Below the pieces are notes generated by a model that was not told where the DNA came from, made no database searches, and saw nothing but the letters and a program-made list of their open reading frames with translations. Shown one piece after another: positions 1 to 14,700 of a DNA stretch of 64,000 bases (its first letter is position 1; every line of letters starts with the position of its first letter). A program made the translations under genes and the position numbers. This DNA is from Stylophora pistillata (Eukaryota), in assembly GCF_002571385.2 (NCBI RefSeq), contig NW_019217807.1:273596-337595 (forward strand). Direction: 5' to 3'.

Positions 1-404
1 TGCAATGTTGATGCAATTTTCAACTGTTACCTTCATCAGAAACTTCTCCTTTCCACCCTCAGACGACTAAATGCAACACATCATTAATCTGTTTTAAGAA
101 GGATTAAACGCAAGGCCTTATTACTTTTATTGGATTTCCAGACAAGTTTACCGTTAGTCTGAACCTGCTTCAGTCGATTGTCGAGAGTTTAGAAATGTGG
201 CCACACTGTTTTATTACCTCGGCTATTAATTAAATTTTACATATCAAGGACGTGTAGTGTCTAGGGCGTGATGAAAGATGTTAATTTCTAAACTGACAAA
301 ATGGTCCAAACGTTTTCTACCATCAAACGTTTCAAATCAGAACCGTGTTTAATTTGACGTAAGGGCGACGGAGAGAGAAACATTTAAACAAGGTATTTTC
401 TTTT

Positions 405-1104
405 GGCACAATGAAATATATGAAGTTCATATATTTTGAACTGCGGTATTAGATACATATGATGTACGATCCTCGCAGTAGATAGCGCTATTTAAGCAAA
501 AGCGAAAATCAGACCTGAAAAAAAAAATAATACCGCAGNNNNNNNNNNNNNNNNNNNNNNNNNNNNNNNNNNNNNNNNNNNNNNNNNNNNNNNNNNNNNN
601 NNNNNNNNNNNNNNNNNNNNNNNNNNNNNNNNNNNNNNNNNNNNNNNNNNNNNNNNNNNNNNNNNNNNNNNNNNNATTTATCACTTTCACGGGTTTATTA
701 CGAATCAACTTAACGGCCTGCTCCCAGTTGGCTTGTTAGCTCAATTGGTAGAGCGCTGCACTAGTATCGCAGAGGTCAGTGGTTCGAATCCCGTACAGGC
801 CTGATTTTTTTCAGGTCTGATTTTCGCTATTGCTTAAATAGCGCTATCTACTGTGAGGATCGTACATCATATGTAACTAATACCGCAGTTCAAAATATAT
901 GAACTTCATATATTTCATTGTATCTGATTATCACTTTCACGGGTTTATTACGAATCAACTTAACGGCCTGCTCCCAGTTGGCTTGTTAGCTCAATTGGTA
1001 GAGCGATGCACTAGTATCGCAGAGGTCAGAGGCGTGATTTTTTCAGGTCTGAATTTCGCTATTACTTAAATAGCGCTATCTACTGCGAGGATCGTACATC
1101 ATAT
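405..1104. mobile_element. tRNA-derived tandem/inverted retroposed element (250-bp monomer) spanning an N-gap
   Basis: Direct monomers start at 681 and 931 (period 250). An inverted partial copy lies at 408-528. Identical 12-bp flanks GTATTTTCTTTT at 393-404 and 1105-1116 form a TSD. Confidence 0.8.
730..802 (+). pseudogene. tRNA-like head (Thr-AGT-like) of the repeat; probably not a functional tRNA
   Basis: Cloverleaf has acceptor GGCTTGT/ACAGGCC, D stem GCTC/GAGC, anticodon loop CTAGTAT and GGTTCGAATCC, followed by an oligo-T terminator. The T-stem has two mismatches, and the second copy (980-1035) lacks the T arm. Confidence 0.7.
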
Positions 1105-2585
1105 GTATTTTCTTTTATTGTAAAACGCAGGACTCCATCACGAAATGAAATTCCCTGTCTCGGTCCAAGGTTTTACACTCAAGTTCTAAAGAGAGTGTCG
1201 CAAATTACTATGACATATAATCATATCTCGATGTCTTATGAGCTACGTAAGCTGAAAACGAAGTGAAAACAAATCGGGCATAAATTTTTCAACAAATTTG
1301 GTGTAGTATTTTTCTTCGCTTCCTTAAGTGAATCCCTATCCCTTCTTCAAATTTACTGGTCAGTCTATCTTAACATCTTATCGTAGAGGAGAGATTGTAG
1401 TCCCGCTTTCATATCTACCCAATGCTCCTGGTCACTTAATGCCGACAAAAACCTTGACAAGCTCTGGCATTAAATGGACTAAACCCGTGAGAAGTAACAA
1501 GCTCGACCCCAGTGTGTGTATATAACCGGAACTTTTGAAACTTTGGAACAAGGAACATATTTCAAGTCCTTAAAGTAGAGCAGGGAAAGTAAGTAGCAAG
1601 GAGCTGTCGATGGCCAACACCATTTCCCAAGGTTATAACTATCGTTGCGGCGTGGATTGTGATTTATGATTTAAAAAGATATTCTGCTAATCTGAAGGCT
1701 GCAGCAGTGAAAATAACGTTTATTTTTAACTAACGACCTCGTGAGTTCGTGAGATTAGTTCTGTGCATCAGCGCATTTTACCGCAGACGAGGAGGAAAAT
1801 TCCTCCCTACCCCCCGTTTCGAAACAAAACGTTTGATTAAAAACGAGACAGTCTTGGCGATAAAATCATGTTCCAAGGGCGCTCTTCCCTTACAAATGCG
1901 TGAAGGACGGGTCAAACCACGTGCGAACCCATGCATGCACTGTTCCTATCATTTAGATATGAAAAATAGGCAAACAATATACCGCTGCTGATGATTTCGC
2001 GGGAAGAACAGCTTTTGCGGTTGATACCCTTCCCCAAAAGTATGACATACATCAGTACTGACACAATTTGAGGGGAAAGGGGACATAGTGAACCTTCAGT
2101 TATTGGAGTAGCAACAGCCAGTGAGAAGTTCTGATGAAGTGAAGAGCTAGAGCTCCACTTTTAGGTTTGGTTTAATATATATATTACAAGCATTTAGATT
2201 GGTTTCTACTTGCATCTTAAGATTTATTGGAGGACAGACGCTTAGATGACGTCACCATTAACAAAATTTGCTTTTTTATCATGTAAAACAAATAAATTCC
2301 ATGTAGCCGTGGGTCTTTACAGCAATAGATTACAGAAGACGTCAGAATTTTCACTGTATGATGCGCATCATACGGTTTCACTGTATGATGCGCTGATTTA
2401 CGTGACTAACTTCCTACACTGAGTATGAACCTCAGTCTTCACGAGCATTTTCTAACAATAACTAAGATTATTAAGAATTCTTTGGTAAATTAAATCGAGA
2501 TTACCTTTTCCTCGTATCTTTTGAAAGTTGGAGAACCCCTCGACGCAAACTGCTGCTGAAAGAGCTGAAAAAACTCGTTATCCAG

Positions 2586-2613
2586 CCAATCACGACACTT
2601 TGTTAGCGGGCGG
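2586..2613 (+). promoter_or_regulatory. CCAAT box and GC box upstream of a candidate first exon
   Basis: CCAAT at 2586-2590 and GGGCGG at 2608-2613, about 110-130 bp before the ATG at 2720 and a donor at 2738. Confidence 0.4.
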
Positions 2614-2719
2614 GGAGGGTCTTTGTAATAATGAAACACCTCTGTCGGGTAGGCGGGGGGAACGTTCAGGAACATCGTACAACAAACCACTTATCTTCGG
2701 ACTGCAGGTGAAACAAGTG

Positions 2720-5700
2720 ATGAAAGAAATCTATAAGGTACGTATCGTAAGTAAAGATCGATAACTTTAAACTTAAAATTCCGCTAAAATAATACAAACA
2801 ACCTCTTACTTTTCAACAACGATTATTTAAAGTGTATGTAAAGCATTGATGAATTTACGTTTGCATATGGGTTTTCTATATCTAGGATGACTAAAAGCGT
2901 TCTTTTCATGCATGCGCACAGTTACTTCCCAGACGAAAACTCAGTAGTTTTGACGCGAAAAATCACTTGTACGGATTGTGATCATCGAATTTAAGCTTCT
3001 CCTAGATGGAATAGTGAAAAATGCTCTCCATGATTACAACTCTTTCCCAGTAAGTTAGCGACCTTCTAAATAGCCAGTGTGATGAACGGCTTCAACGTCG
3101 GTTTTTTCCTCTCCTTCCTTTCTACTGAAGTCTTCTGTGGGTGTGAATCCTTTGACAACTTCGATTAAAACAAATGAGGACCTGATGGGACTGATCATTT
3201 GTAGCGATGAAGTGTTTAGCCAGCCCTGTTTTTGAACTTCATTCTACCTTCGTAGCTTTGTAGAAAGGTGCAAGAAATGCGGCCAGCGATAGTCACGCAT
3301 TTCATTAATAGAGATATATTGGACTTCTGATTAGCAGGTGGCAGGCGAGATATTGGTCTTGCATGACGTTGTGTAAAAACAAAAATGAAAGACTTCAAGA
3401 GCTTCTTCCAATAACTAAAGCACATCAGTCAGGTAATTAAAGCAGTGTGGAAACAATACCTAACTAGAGAAGCTTGGCAATTAATCATGTTTCGTTGATA
3501 CTGAAGGAGCATTGAGTCATTCAGCGATGAGAAGAAGAAGAAGAAACAAAGGAGCTGGCATTTTAATTATCACTCAGCTGAGTTGAGCTCGATGATTTTT
3601 TTTTTCAAGATTAAGAACGTTTAGAAAGCAGTGAGAGCTTCGATATTTTGTGGGAACATTGAGCAGATTCCTAATGGAAATATTTCTAGTATCATTTATA
3701 GTAAACTTGAAAACAACTGAGGTGAGTGCATCTAAATGATCCCCTTATTTTTAATTTAGAATATTTGAAAACGTTGTTTCCAATAACAGTGGAAACTTTT
3801 GTCTTTTGTGGAGACGTAAAGTATTTTCCTAAAGGAATATGCAATATTTCTGTTATAAACTTGAAATCATCTGAACCACGTACAAGACGTTGTTTGGTTC
3901 ACGTTTGCCCAATCTTCTGTGAAAGAAAACTCTGAGGATCTTCCATAAATTAAAATACAAAAGAAAATCGTAAAATAAGCAGCCGTGAAAGAAAAGCTCG
4001 ATTCCCACCAATGCTAAATATTCTGCCGACTACACTCAGTGACAAGTAACCGTCTACAATAAAGGCTAAACTGCCGTTCACTGAAAATAGCTATATAACG
4101 CCGCTGCAATCAATCGATTCTCGTAAGAGAACCGAAGTATTGTTCGATCTTCACTGCCTAATTAAGCCATGACTCGGAAACTGTCGAACACCTACGAAGT
4201 TGCTCCAAAGACGCCTGACTGGGAAGCGGTCCCGCCATCAACGAATATTGCACACTTAAAGGAACTAGGTTAAGGGAAAGACATTTCACGCTTTCCAGTT
4301 CGGTGTTTCATTATCTCCATCTTAAAGGCATTCTTAGTCTCTTTTGTTTAAAAATAACTCTTAGCTCCTTATTTTTATTATTCTCGTAAAGGGATCATCA
4401 TAACGTACGACAATGTTTAGGATCCAAATAGAGACTGAGACTATCCTCTCCTCGAAAGCTATCTATTAAAACCAGCAAATTATGGAACCGAGTATCCTTT
4501 CCGTCACGTGAGGGTGAGCAGGGAAAGTGAGAAGGAAAGCCTTCAATGTTCTTTCTGTAGTGGGGATCCCGAAAGTCTCCTGCACTTTCTTATCGAGCTA
4601 CTTGAAGAAGAAATGTGTTTGGGAAAGATCAGTGCTGCGGCTAAAACACCGTCAAATTGTACCTGATAACTATGTTTTGGAAAATACTGTAGCGATAAGA
4701 CTAAGATCAGATTCATCTAAGTCTACTTGTCAAAAGAAAATTTTTTTTTTTTTCACATCTGGCTCTGCAAAACAAACGAATCTGTTCCTGAGCAATAAGA
4801 AGAAAAGAAGACACGAAGAGAAGAAACAAACGGTGTTTAAAAAAACCACCCACACTGTCACTTCGAATATCCCTGAGCTTCAGTTGGCCGTTTCGCAAAT
4901 GGAATTCAGCGTCTCTTGTAAGATTTAAAGAATCTATTTTAAAAAGCTAATACTCACGGTACAATATTTCTAATCTTTTTTTCTCGAAAATTTGATCTTT
5001 TTGTAGCAAAAGTTAACGAAAGGATCTTCACTCACCGAATTCGCTTGTTGCTTCTCCTTTCCAAAATACTTAAGGAAGTTATGTCTACACCACTGAAAAT
5101 TTTCTTTTTCTCCTCCAAAGAAAAGGGGTAATATACTACCGATACCTCGAAAACTAAGACAGAAACTTTTACCAACAATGCTACGGCCTCAAAACCTTTT
5201 CATCATCGAGATCCCTCACGCAGATAATCTACATGAACGATTCGTCAGGTGTGGCTGAAAAAATTATCAATACTTAATGTTGTTTTTAAATTCGGTTCGT
5301 AGCGCTCAAGAGACGCTAATGGTCTGACTCGGCGGGAGATTCTTGCTTGCGTCATTCCGCCCACTTAAAAAAAGCTGCCGGGCAATTTCTCAAACAAAAT
5401 CTTGGAATTCTGTTGACAGGCTTGAGTCTTTCAAAGCTCTGTCTCAAGCAGGGGGCTTGCCATCTCATCTGGGCCATCTCGCCCAACTCAGTGTCATTGA
5501 ATTTGAGTAGCGCTAAACTGATCATAACTTGTGCCATTTTGAGTAGCACTAAACTGATCATAACTTGTGCCATTTTGAGTAGCACTAAACTGATCATAAC
5601 TTGTGCCATTTTGAGTAGCATTAAACTGATCATAACTTGTGCCATTTTGAGTGTCCCTAAGTTTTCATCAACGCTTTAAATTTCTTACATATTCCAAATT

Positions 5701-8700
5701 AGGCTTTTTTCTTTTTTCTATCTGATAACGATAAAGCCAGGCAATTCAAAACAGGAGACTTGGACCACCCCATTTGCACCAAATCGTCAAACAAAACCTA
5801 AGACAATTTATAAACTTTTTCATCTTCGGAGCTTTTCAAAATTAAGCTGGCGATTCCCAAAAGCGGTATTCAGTGCCTTTAAATAGAAACTGATGAGAAC
5901 ACTGAGAGCTCACCAATGAACGATTTCTGGCTTCATTCGACTTTGAAACTTTACTCTACTTCTTTGGCCCATTCACGTTACTATGTTCCTGCCTTTGGCA
6001 ACCGTTTTTAGGTCTAGCTGTAACAATATGAATTGCAAGGTCACAGTGTATTGTGAAGCTGAAGTTAAAATGATCCTAATAACGGCCAGAAGAACGCCTT
6101 ATGTAAAAAACGGAAAATTTGATTGTCAATACCTGGTAGTTTTTTCCGTAGCCGGTGAGGCTGATTTTTTTAACTGCATGGATAACGTACAAAGCAACGA
6201 AGAGCCAACATGAGCAGAAAATCTTTCGTATACCACAGGTAACTCTACAAACTATAATTTTCCGTTTCCATATCTTTCTTGTTTAAAGTCTCAGTCGGTT
6301 ACCAATAAAGCTACTGCTGGGTAAAATTATGTTAGAAAGCAACATCTTTGAAGGAAATTTGGTTTTATCAACTGAGTTGATAATGTAAATTGCCACCGTA
6401 GAGTGTTTCCAAAACTCACGTTTCGAGCGTCAGGCTTCGTCAGAGTGAATGATAACCGCTTTGGGACTGGTTGTAACAATATGAGTTGTAAAGTGTGTAA
6501 TGTAACTGAAGTTGAAGTTAGAGGAGCTTTGGTCGTTTGTTTTGAATTCTGTACTGAAGTTCGTTCCATTTGAATGTCTCATTTCTGATTAGAAAAGCTT
6601 TCAGATATCCTAACAAACCTAGACATGATTGAAATGGGAGCTAGACGGAAAAAGTAAGTTTAGTTAAAATAAAATGCTTCGGAAAAAAGCTGTCAGACAC
6701 CCGGAACCTTTTTAGGATGAAAAAGGTGGCGCTTTTGTGAACAAAATTATTTTTAGTCTCCGTGTACCCACAACTACAAGCGGCACCAGAAGATTAGCCT
6801 ACCAGTTGCATTCAGAGGTACTTTCTTCCCATTTTTGTTACGCTCAGAGAAACGAAAAACTAACATACCAGCACGTACAAGGAGTATTGAGGATTATTTT
6901 ATGTTTTAATATAGTGGTGGTTAAAAAAATACAGAAATCCATTTGAACTTGAGAGTGGTTCACTCCATGGGACTCAATGAAATGATCTTCAGAAACTTGA
7001 CCTCAAATTATAGTTGGTAAGAAACTTTGGCTCTAAACCAGTGAACCAGTGCTTTCCTTTACTGTCATGTAATTAAAGTCCTCCTTAATTCATTTCAAGC
7101 CGGTCACAGAAGTTGATATTTCATTCTCGTTTTCAATTTTGAAGAGTTCTTGTCACTCGCATTTTTTGTTTGAGTCATTTTGTTCCTTTTACAATCTACA
7201 ACACTTTGCTTTAAAATAGAGTCGGTATGAAATCTTTTTGACCATTTATTTCTTACAATTGATAGAAGAGGCATTTTGAAGTTTAGAAAAATACATGGCG
7301 CTCAAATTTTCTGACAATCAAATTTTCTGACAATCAAATTTTCTAACAATCTGAAAAACTTTGCTTCAAAAGACTTTCGTTCTTTGTGAAATCTTTGCGA
7401 CAATTTATTTCTTGAACTTGAGAGAGAGAACGCGCTTAGAAAAAATGCCAACTTCGCTTCGCGAAAAAATATGTACCAGGGAAAATCGGCGAAAGTCTTC
7501 TAAATGTTATCAGAGTAAGCGAATCATAAGAATTCTAAATATTATGCAAAAATGACAAAAGTTAGTCGTTAGGCTATAAATCCATGTTGTAGACATGGCA
7601 CCGGTATAACGTCTATGAAAGATGAGACCTAGTTCGAATTATCAACCTGGCGTGCTTCTACCCTCACAACACAATTCTGCTCTGTTGGGTTGTTAAAATA
7701 TTTAGGCTGTTGCCAGTTGCATGAATACTCTATTCAATCCCACTAACGGGAGGGGCCGGGCTTTAAAACGTGGAAACGCGTAAACTGTGATACTCACATT
7801 ATTATTGTCCACTTCAAATATAATTAAAACAAAGGATCAAAGAATGTGTGGGTTGTTTGAGATGTTCATCTCAAAAATCATATTAGTAACGTGCGGTGGA
7901 TAACATCGCCTAAACGATGAACATCCCATTTTGCTATGCGCCTGTCTGATAAAAAATGAATGCCCATTTCCAAGAAATTAGGCTCTAAATCATCAGCATT
8001 TGTGTACTTGAACTATATATGCTTTATAACATGGCTTTAGTTTCAATTTGACATAGTTCTGTCCAAGAATGTTCTATGTCTACTAGTTAGTCATGCAAAG
8101 ATCACGATAACTTCAACTTTTTTAGCGACTCTACAGGACAGAGCCAAGAAAGAAGAAAATGACAAAGATGTCCAATTCTACTCATGCAAAATTATGGTTA
8201 GGGGGGCTAGTAACGACGTCTAAAAATTTCCATGCAAGTTTAAGCTGCCAGCCTTTAAAACTGTACAGAATAATGCATCATATAGTAAACCTGGCCATTA
8301 GATGCCGCGGTGATCTAGAGCTAAGCTCAAAAAGTAGGTAATTAGGCAGAAAAATGCATCTCACGTCATCCATTAACTATCGAAAGGGAAAAGTAGCTTG
8401 TGTTAAGGTACTTGTTACCATGAATACAACTGAGGTACATAAAATCCGTGGATGAATGTTCCCGTGAGAACATCTTGAAATTTCAAAGATGTAAGCGGCT
8501 TCACGACTCCATAATCATTTGAAAACAAATATTTTCCTAGAATTGTTTACTAATAAAACATGATTTCACTGCAGTTCTCGTCCTTCTCTTGCAGTCCATG
8601 CCAGTTTTCATACTGTGCAAGGGTTCTTAGCCTTCAATCTGAAGGAACTCTTAGAACTGAAACATTTCCTACATTAAGAAAACTGACCGCAACAAGATAT

Positions 8701-11700
8701 TTTTTTTTCAAAACACTCCCTTACATCTTCAAGAGTGGGAACTGATCAAACTTCGACTCCTTACGGATGCCTTACCACTATTCTTCGTCCCACTCAAGAG
8801 ACAATTTAAACGCTCATTTCTCTATTCGACGATCGTGCTCACAATCCCCTTGACAAGATTCTTTTGAGATTTCTGATGGTAGTCATGTACAGGATGTTGA
8901 TTGCGTGTGAATCACCATACGGCCTTGCTCGTTAAATGATGAGTTCTCCGTTCGGTTTGTGGGCGGGTGGCTCTTACTGCGAAATGTGAACCTACTAAGG
9001 TTGAAATTCCTATGCTGACACAGCCTTGTTCATGCTCCAGGCGATTACAAATTAACATCTTCCTTTCTGTAGCCCTAACTATAACCCTTTCTTTAACGTT
9101 ACCAGCTTCGCTTAACATCCAATAAGCATTTGGAGAGTGCCTTAAGGATCTAAGGCAAGATAAACATTACTCAAAATTGGCATACCTTGAATCTTTCTGG
9201 AACCCTTTTAAGGAGACAATCCTATGGAATTGGTTTATCATGAAAAGTATCCAAGAGCAGCTTATAGCGAACAGATACCGAATGAAGATTTATGTCGCAT
9301 GATAATTGACACGCCGCTGACTGAAACAATTGTGAACTGAAAAAAGGGTTTGATTAGGAGGAATAAATTAGCACTTTGAAGATCGACTTCCGTTGTTGAA
9401 AACTCGTGGAATTGATGCCCTACATTGTGTTTGATTCTATTTTTTTCCTCAAAATAGACGACTCAGACAAATTTACTCTTTGCTACCTGTTTTATTGATC
9501 CTTAAGTAAAGGAATTTAGCGTCTGTCATCTCGAGGAAGTCGTTGAACCTCTAAGCTGCAGCTTCCGACACAATTTCTGTTTCGAAACTTCCGCTAACCA
9601 TACACTTATCCAGACACACATTGTCCCTTGTATTTCTAAGTTTGCTGTGGAAAATTATTCCAACGGAAACAGGATAGAAGTTCTGTGCACAAAAATTTCT
9701 TGCTTAAATTCACAGATATGGGTAATAACGTTGTTAACATTTCCCATCAGAATTAAACTCGATTATTCGAGACTCTGTTCAAACAATTATCATTAAGACC
9801 ATTAGTTCCAACATCAGCAACATTTAGATCTCTTTTCATGATATCAAGGAGTTGCACTGGGAACCACAAACCACTTTGACATGAGATGCATAACCGGAAC
9901 GAAATGAAAGTAAGTTGAAACATATTTTAGGTTTGGCAACTGAAACTTCCTGATGCCATTACTCAACTTTGTATTCTGTTTGGACAAACATACATTGGTT
10001 CTGTCTTAAAATGTCGCTAGAATTTCATGCAATGTTCGCTTATAACTTGCACAGTATGCCAAGGAAGTTTGCAAAAAAAAAACAGCAAGGTGATTTAAAA
10101 GGAATACGATGAACGCCTTAGAAGAAGATTTTATAAAATGATTGTGCAAAGGCAAGATCGATTCAGTGAAACGCTAAAGAGATTTAACCTGATTATTTCA
10201 TGCCCTATTTTTGGAGACCTCTGAGTTCTTATTTAAATACTACAATACAATATTTTACTGATTCCTGCTGCATAGGATTTTCAGAAACAATTTACATGCA
10301 AATTTTTAAGTATTAATAAACGTTATTTACGATAATTCATTAAAATGAGACTCATAATCAACCCTGAAACATATTTCAACTATGATATACCTCCCTATTT
10401 AATCACTGACTCCCCCCATTGGATTAATAACTGTTACGAGGCACTAAAATGTGGCATTCCTTTGTTTGTTCAACAACAAAAAGTACATTGAATGTGTAAC
10501 CCTCAGACTACTTCTGGTTAGGTATGTGCGACTGGACAGATCATCGATTGCATTTCCTAACAAAAATAAATTGAACATTTTCCAAACACGTTTTCGATAG
10601 TTTTTAAAATTATCCAGTTTGCAATGCCATATCATCACTAAAAAATTCACAGCTATGATTAAAGAGCGTAACTCATAACAGTTTTGTTTGGCAGACACAA
10701 ATTGATGTAATTGTTCCTATTACAAAGTAAAATTCTGCATAATAAGACTCAATGAATTAATACGAGATGAGAAACACTTTTCTACAGAAAAGAAGTTTGC
10801 GTAACTCATAACAGTTTTGTTTGGCAGACGTAATTGTTCCTATTACAAAGTAAAATTCTGCATAATAAGACTCAATAAATTAATACGACATGAGAAACAC
10901 TTTTCTACAGAAAAGAAGTTTCTTTGCAAACGAAAAACAGGTCATCAGATGCTTATCAGCTTCACCTTTGAACTCACAAGATCTCAACAGTAATTCTCTT
11001 TACTATGTACTTTTTTCCTTCACTCGAATCAAAAAAAAATATATATATATATAGATATATGCGGATCACGTTTCACCTCTGAAAATATAGTCAGGTGTTC
11101 ATCAAAAGTCCACTATATCCATTGAGCTTTGTGGGCTACTTTTTAAAATATGACTGATAGTTATATACGACTTCATCCTTGCCACTAGTTACCGATTTGG
11201 AGAGGAAAGGTCACCCAACTAAACAGAACTGATACATATGAATATGGACTGCGTAAGAAAAAACCCTGAAGAAAATTTAGAGTACCACACGAAGCTTTAT
11301 ACACATCCAAATCTGCAAGAGAATTTGACATCTTCAGTTCCTAAAGGCACCATGTAAGTATTTCATTATTCGTGCGAGAAAACTGCAGAAAACTCATTAC
11401 GGATACACGCAGAGTGCCACACAAAACTGCAAGAGAATTTGCCACCTCCAGTTTCTGAAGGAAGTGGATACTGGATAAATGTGGTATTATAGTCCGTAAA
11501 AGTTAAAAATTGCTGCGGAGAAGAAAGTGAAACCTGCGCATTGTCTAAGGGTAAAATACAACGACAGACGCCCTCAAACGATATCTCATGGTTCAGTGAA
11601 TTTAGAAAACGGGTCCTTCAAACCTGTCACTTTATTGTTATTTTAGGATCTTTCATGTCCGAGTCTCGTCTTACAATGCGTCCAGAATCAAATTTAAGCG

Positions 11701-14700
11701 AGATGCTGTGACTGAACAATTACGATTCACTCCATGATCTCAAAAAGTCTTCTTGTGGTTGTTTAATGGATCAATAGCTCCTCAATTGACGGATGCGTTA
11801 AAAAAAAAAAAAAAAAAAAAAAGAAACAAGTACGCATTTTGTAGATAAAAAGGGCTATGTCTGTTCTGGTTGTGATAGATTCTTTTGTGGTAAGGCCTTC
11901 CGCGGGAAAAATCGCCACATTTGGATTCAATTATAAGAGCTTTCATAGCACTCATCCATCAAGTGTAAAATACCCTTCATTAAGATTTTATCAGCCATTT
12001 GACCTACCCAGATCTGGAGGAATAGCTTAACAAATAGGTGCGGATGAGCATTTTGTTTCGAAAAACTCTCAAATGTACAGCAGAGTTCGGTAAATGAATT
12101 TCTGTAGTCATTACAGCCGATGAAAGCTGTTTCGGTTGAATGGCCGCCGTTCAGATAAGCAATTTTGCTGTTTACGTGATAACTCGTTTAAAACACTTAA
12201 CGGCTTACAATCTCTTCTTCGTCAAGACGGCAAGTGGAAGAAATTTGTAGATGTCTTACTCTTTGTTTCAAGTTTTCTTACAGATCACGGCAAAGCATTC
12301 GTGATAGAGACTGCATTGTACTGGCCCCTACACAAACGGTTTTAGGAAAGCCTCAAACACGCGGAGGCGAAAAGACTTACTATGTTTTCCAAATATTGTC
12401 CACTTTGCGATCGTTTCGCTATATTGGTCTGACTTTTTTACTTTCCAACGAATTTCGACCAAAAAAATTAATTCTTCGCTAATCTAAGTTGCAACAAACC
12501 TTTAACCAAACGTAACTTACAATTCTTTTGCTTTAGGATCCTTCAATGTCCTTCGTGAAAATCAGTTTCAGGATCGGTTCAGATTCTTGGAAAAATGTTT
12601 CCCTCTGTATCGCCAGTGATATCTATAAACACTTCCTTCAACTAGTCCCCGCCCTATCGCGTGTGTAGAGTGTATTTACATGACAAAAGGTAGCCAATGT
12701 ATCACTTGAAAATTTGTATATCGCGTGCAGACTCGAGTAAGTGTATTTGGCAGCTATCACGCTAGGCTGCTAAAGTCTTAATGGATAATTTATAAACAAA
12801 ACATTACAGTGAATGAAATTTTGGCTCGGACAATATTCATTATTAAATTATATCGAAAATCAATCGCATTTCTTAGGCGACTTTCGTCAAACTGAAATTA
12901 AAAAATATATATATATTCAAAACTCACTTTAAAAAATTGAGTCAGTTTAGCGCTAGTGACTTAAAACTCGACGGAATTTTCTCTTGCCGTGACTGTTTCT
13001 AGGTTTTAGAATATTCACGTCGAGTTTGAACAAAAGCACAGGGTTTTCTCGTTTCGTCAATAAACTAAGAAATGCTGATACTGTTACGTACACGAGAAGT
13101 GTTTTGTTGCTCCCAGACCTAACAAAGAAACATTGATATTACAAAGGCATAATGAACGGGGGAGTTGGAAACTAGTATTTTGAGTGGCGAAAGGTGGGTC
13201 TAATGTTTTGAGTATTTTTTCCGCCAAACACTTCTTTAAGTGGAGGGTGGCAATTCTACTTACAGAGTTTATTTACATCGAAGTATAAATAACGCAAAGC
13301 CTGAAAGCATGCGATCTGCTTTGTCGTGAATCGGGCCGGTTAAAAATCGAGAGCTTCTCAAAAAAACTGTGATTAAGGAGTTGTCACATTGTTTTGAATC
13401 AAATGTCATAAAAATCAGTTTAGCCGTATTAAAATTTAGCCATCTTGATCCGGCGTGCTATTAAGTTTGACGTGTGCCATGTTATACAAAGATATTGGAC
13501 CTGCATCCTTCTGAAGCTCGAATGTGCGTCAAAATATCAAGAATAATTATTTCAGGTTGTATTTGCTGAATAGCACGCGAAAGAAGAACAACATTCTGTA
13601 CAGTTGTGTTCTGCGCTAAAATTTTAATGCACAAGAATTACACAATGCTCTGTCGATCAAAAAGGAACAGTGAGAAATAAACTATTTTCAAAACTATTTA
13701 AACTAAACTTCGCGTGGAAAAGGTTTCACGCAGCTTCCCAAATCAATTAAAGGAACTTTAGCCTTAGGGACATAAATTTGACACTTGAATGATTCATCTC
13801 GTTTCGTAGACGTTCCTTTGCCCAAAGCTACAGAATAACCTTCACTGCATGTATCCCGTCGCTGTGAATCGACATCGCAATTAAACCAGGCAGTAACTGG
13901 CCTCAGATAATTCCGCGAAATATATTAAATCAGATACATTAGAGGCTTTGAAGTTTGATTATTTCCTCAGTTTTAACTGAATAACTTTTTCGCAGATTAG
14001 TCAAGTGCTTAGTTATATATAGAGGTTGTTATACATTTACCGTGAAGACAATTTCATAGTGATTACCATCAGCAGCGACCTGTCCACTTTTACACAGAAA
14101 GTTTCAAGCGGTAATTAATCTTTCATTCATTTAAAAATGCATAATTACCATTGAAGAGTACATATTACCTAAACGGGCGCTCGGTTAAGCACAAAGACGA
14201 CTGTCCCATACACAACCTACATTTTCGCAAACTTCGTGAGGCTAAAAGTAAGTCGGCAAGTTCCAGTACATGGCATAATATCCTAAGGCCATCCCGCTCG
14301 AGCTAGCACGTCAGCCTCTAATCACCAAAAAAACAAAAAAAGAAAAAAAATCGCTCCAGGCTTTAGATCTGGGAAAAAACAAAACAATAAGTTTTAGGCG
14401 TCTGTATGAGTTACAATCAACTGGTGTTTTCTCAAAATAGACCAAAAAAGTATTTCCATAATTATATATTAAAAACTAATCTGATGGAAAATCAATCACT
14501 TCATTCTACAACTTTAGATTAATGACGCAGCACAAACACGTAGTGCTTTTGGTTGTCAAGACAAGAAAACGTTTTCATAACTGTTTCTTTCATTCCTTGG
14601 AGACGGCGAACTTGACGCCCTTCCACGTGTGATAAAAGTGAACGTTTCTGGCCATCTCTGAAACTTTCTTGAAATCGTCCACCCAAAGTGAGCCATACCT

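Noticed and set aside
730-802. Functional tRNA-Thr(AGT) gene
   Set aside because: The T-stem and last anticodon pair are mismatched, and the unit is embedded in a TSD-flanked repeat whose second copy is partly deleted.
4527-5093. 133-aa plus-strand ORF and minus-strand splice-like signals (acceptor near 4788, donor near 5036)
   Set aside because: The ORF runs through poly-T and poly-A tracts with no recognisable motif, and I could not build a consistent exon chain.
5347-5679. Repetitive ORFs on both strands; CRISPR-like 36-bp period
   Set aside because: These are head-to-tail minisatellite units with no spacers, in a eukaryotic context. The ORFs are a by-product of a unit length divisible by 3.
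6019-6520. Diverged ~50-bp similarity between about 6020-6068 and 6472-6520
   Set aside because: Short and degenerate, with no further structure.
8414-8427. Isolated X-box-like GTTACCATGAATAC
   Set aside because: No associated gene start, so it may be chance.
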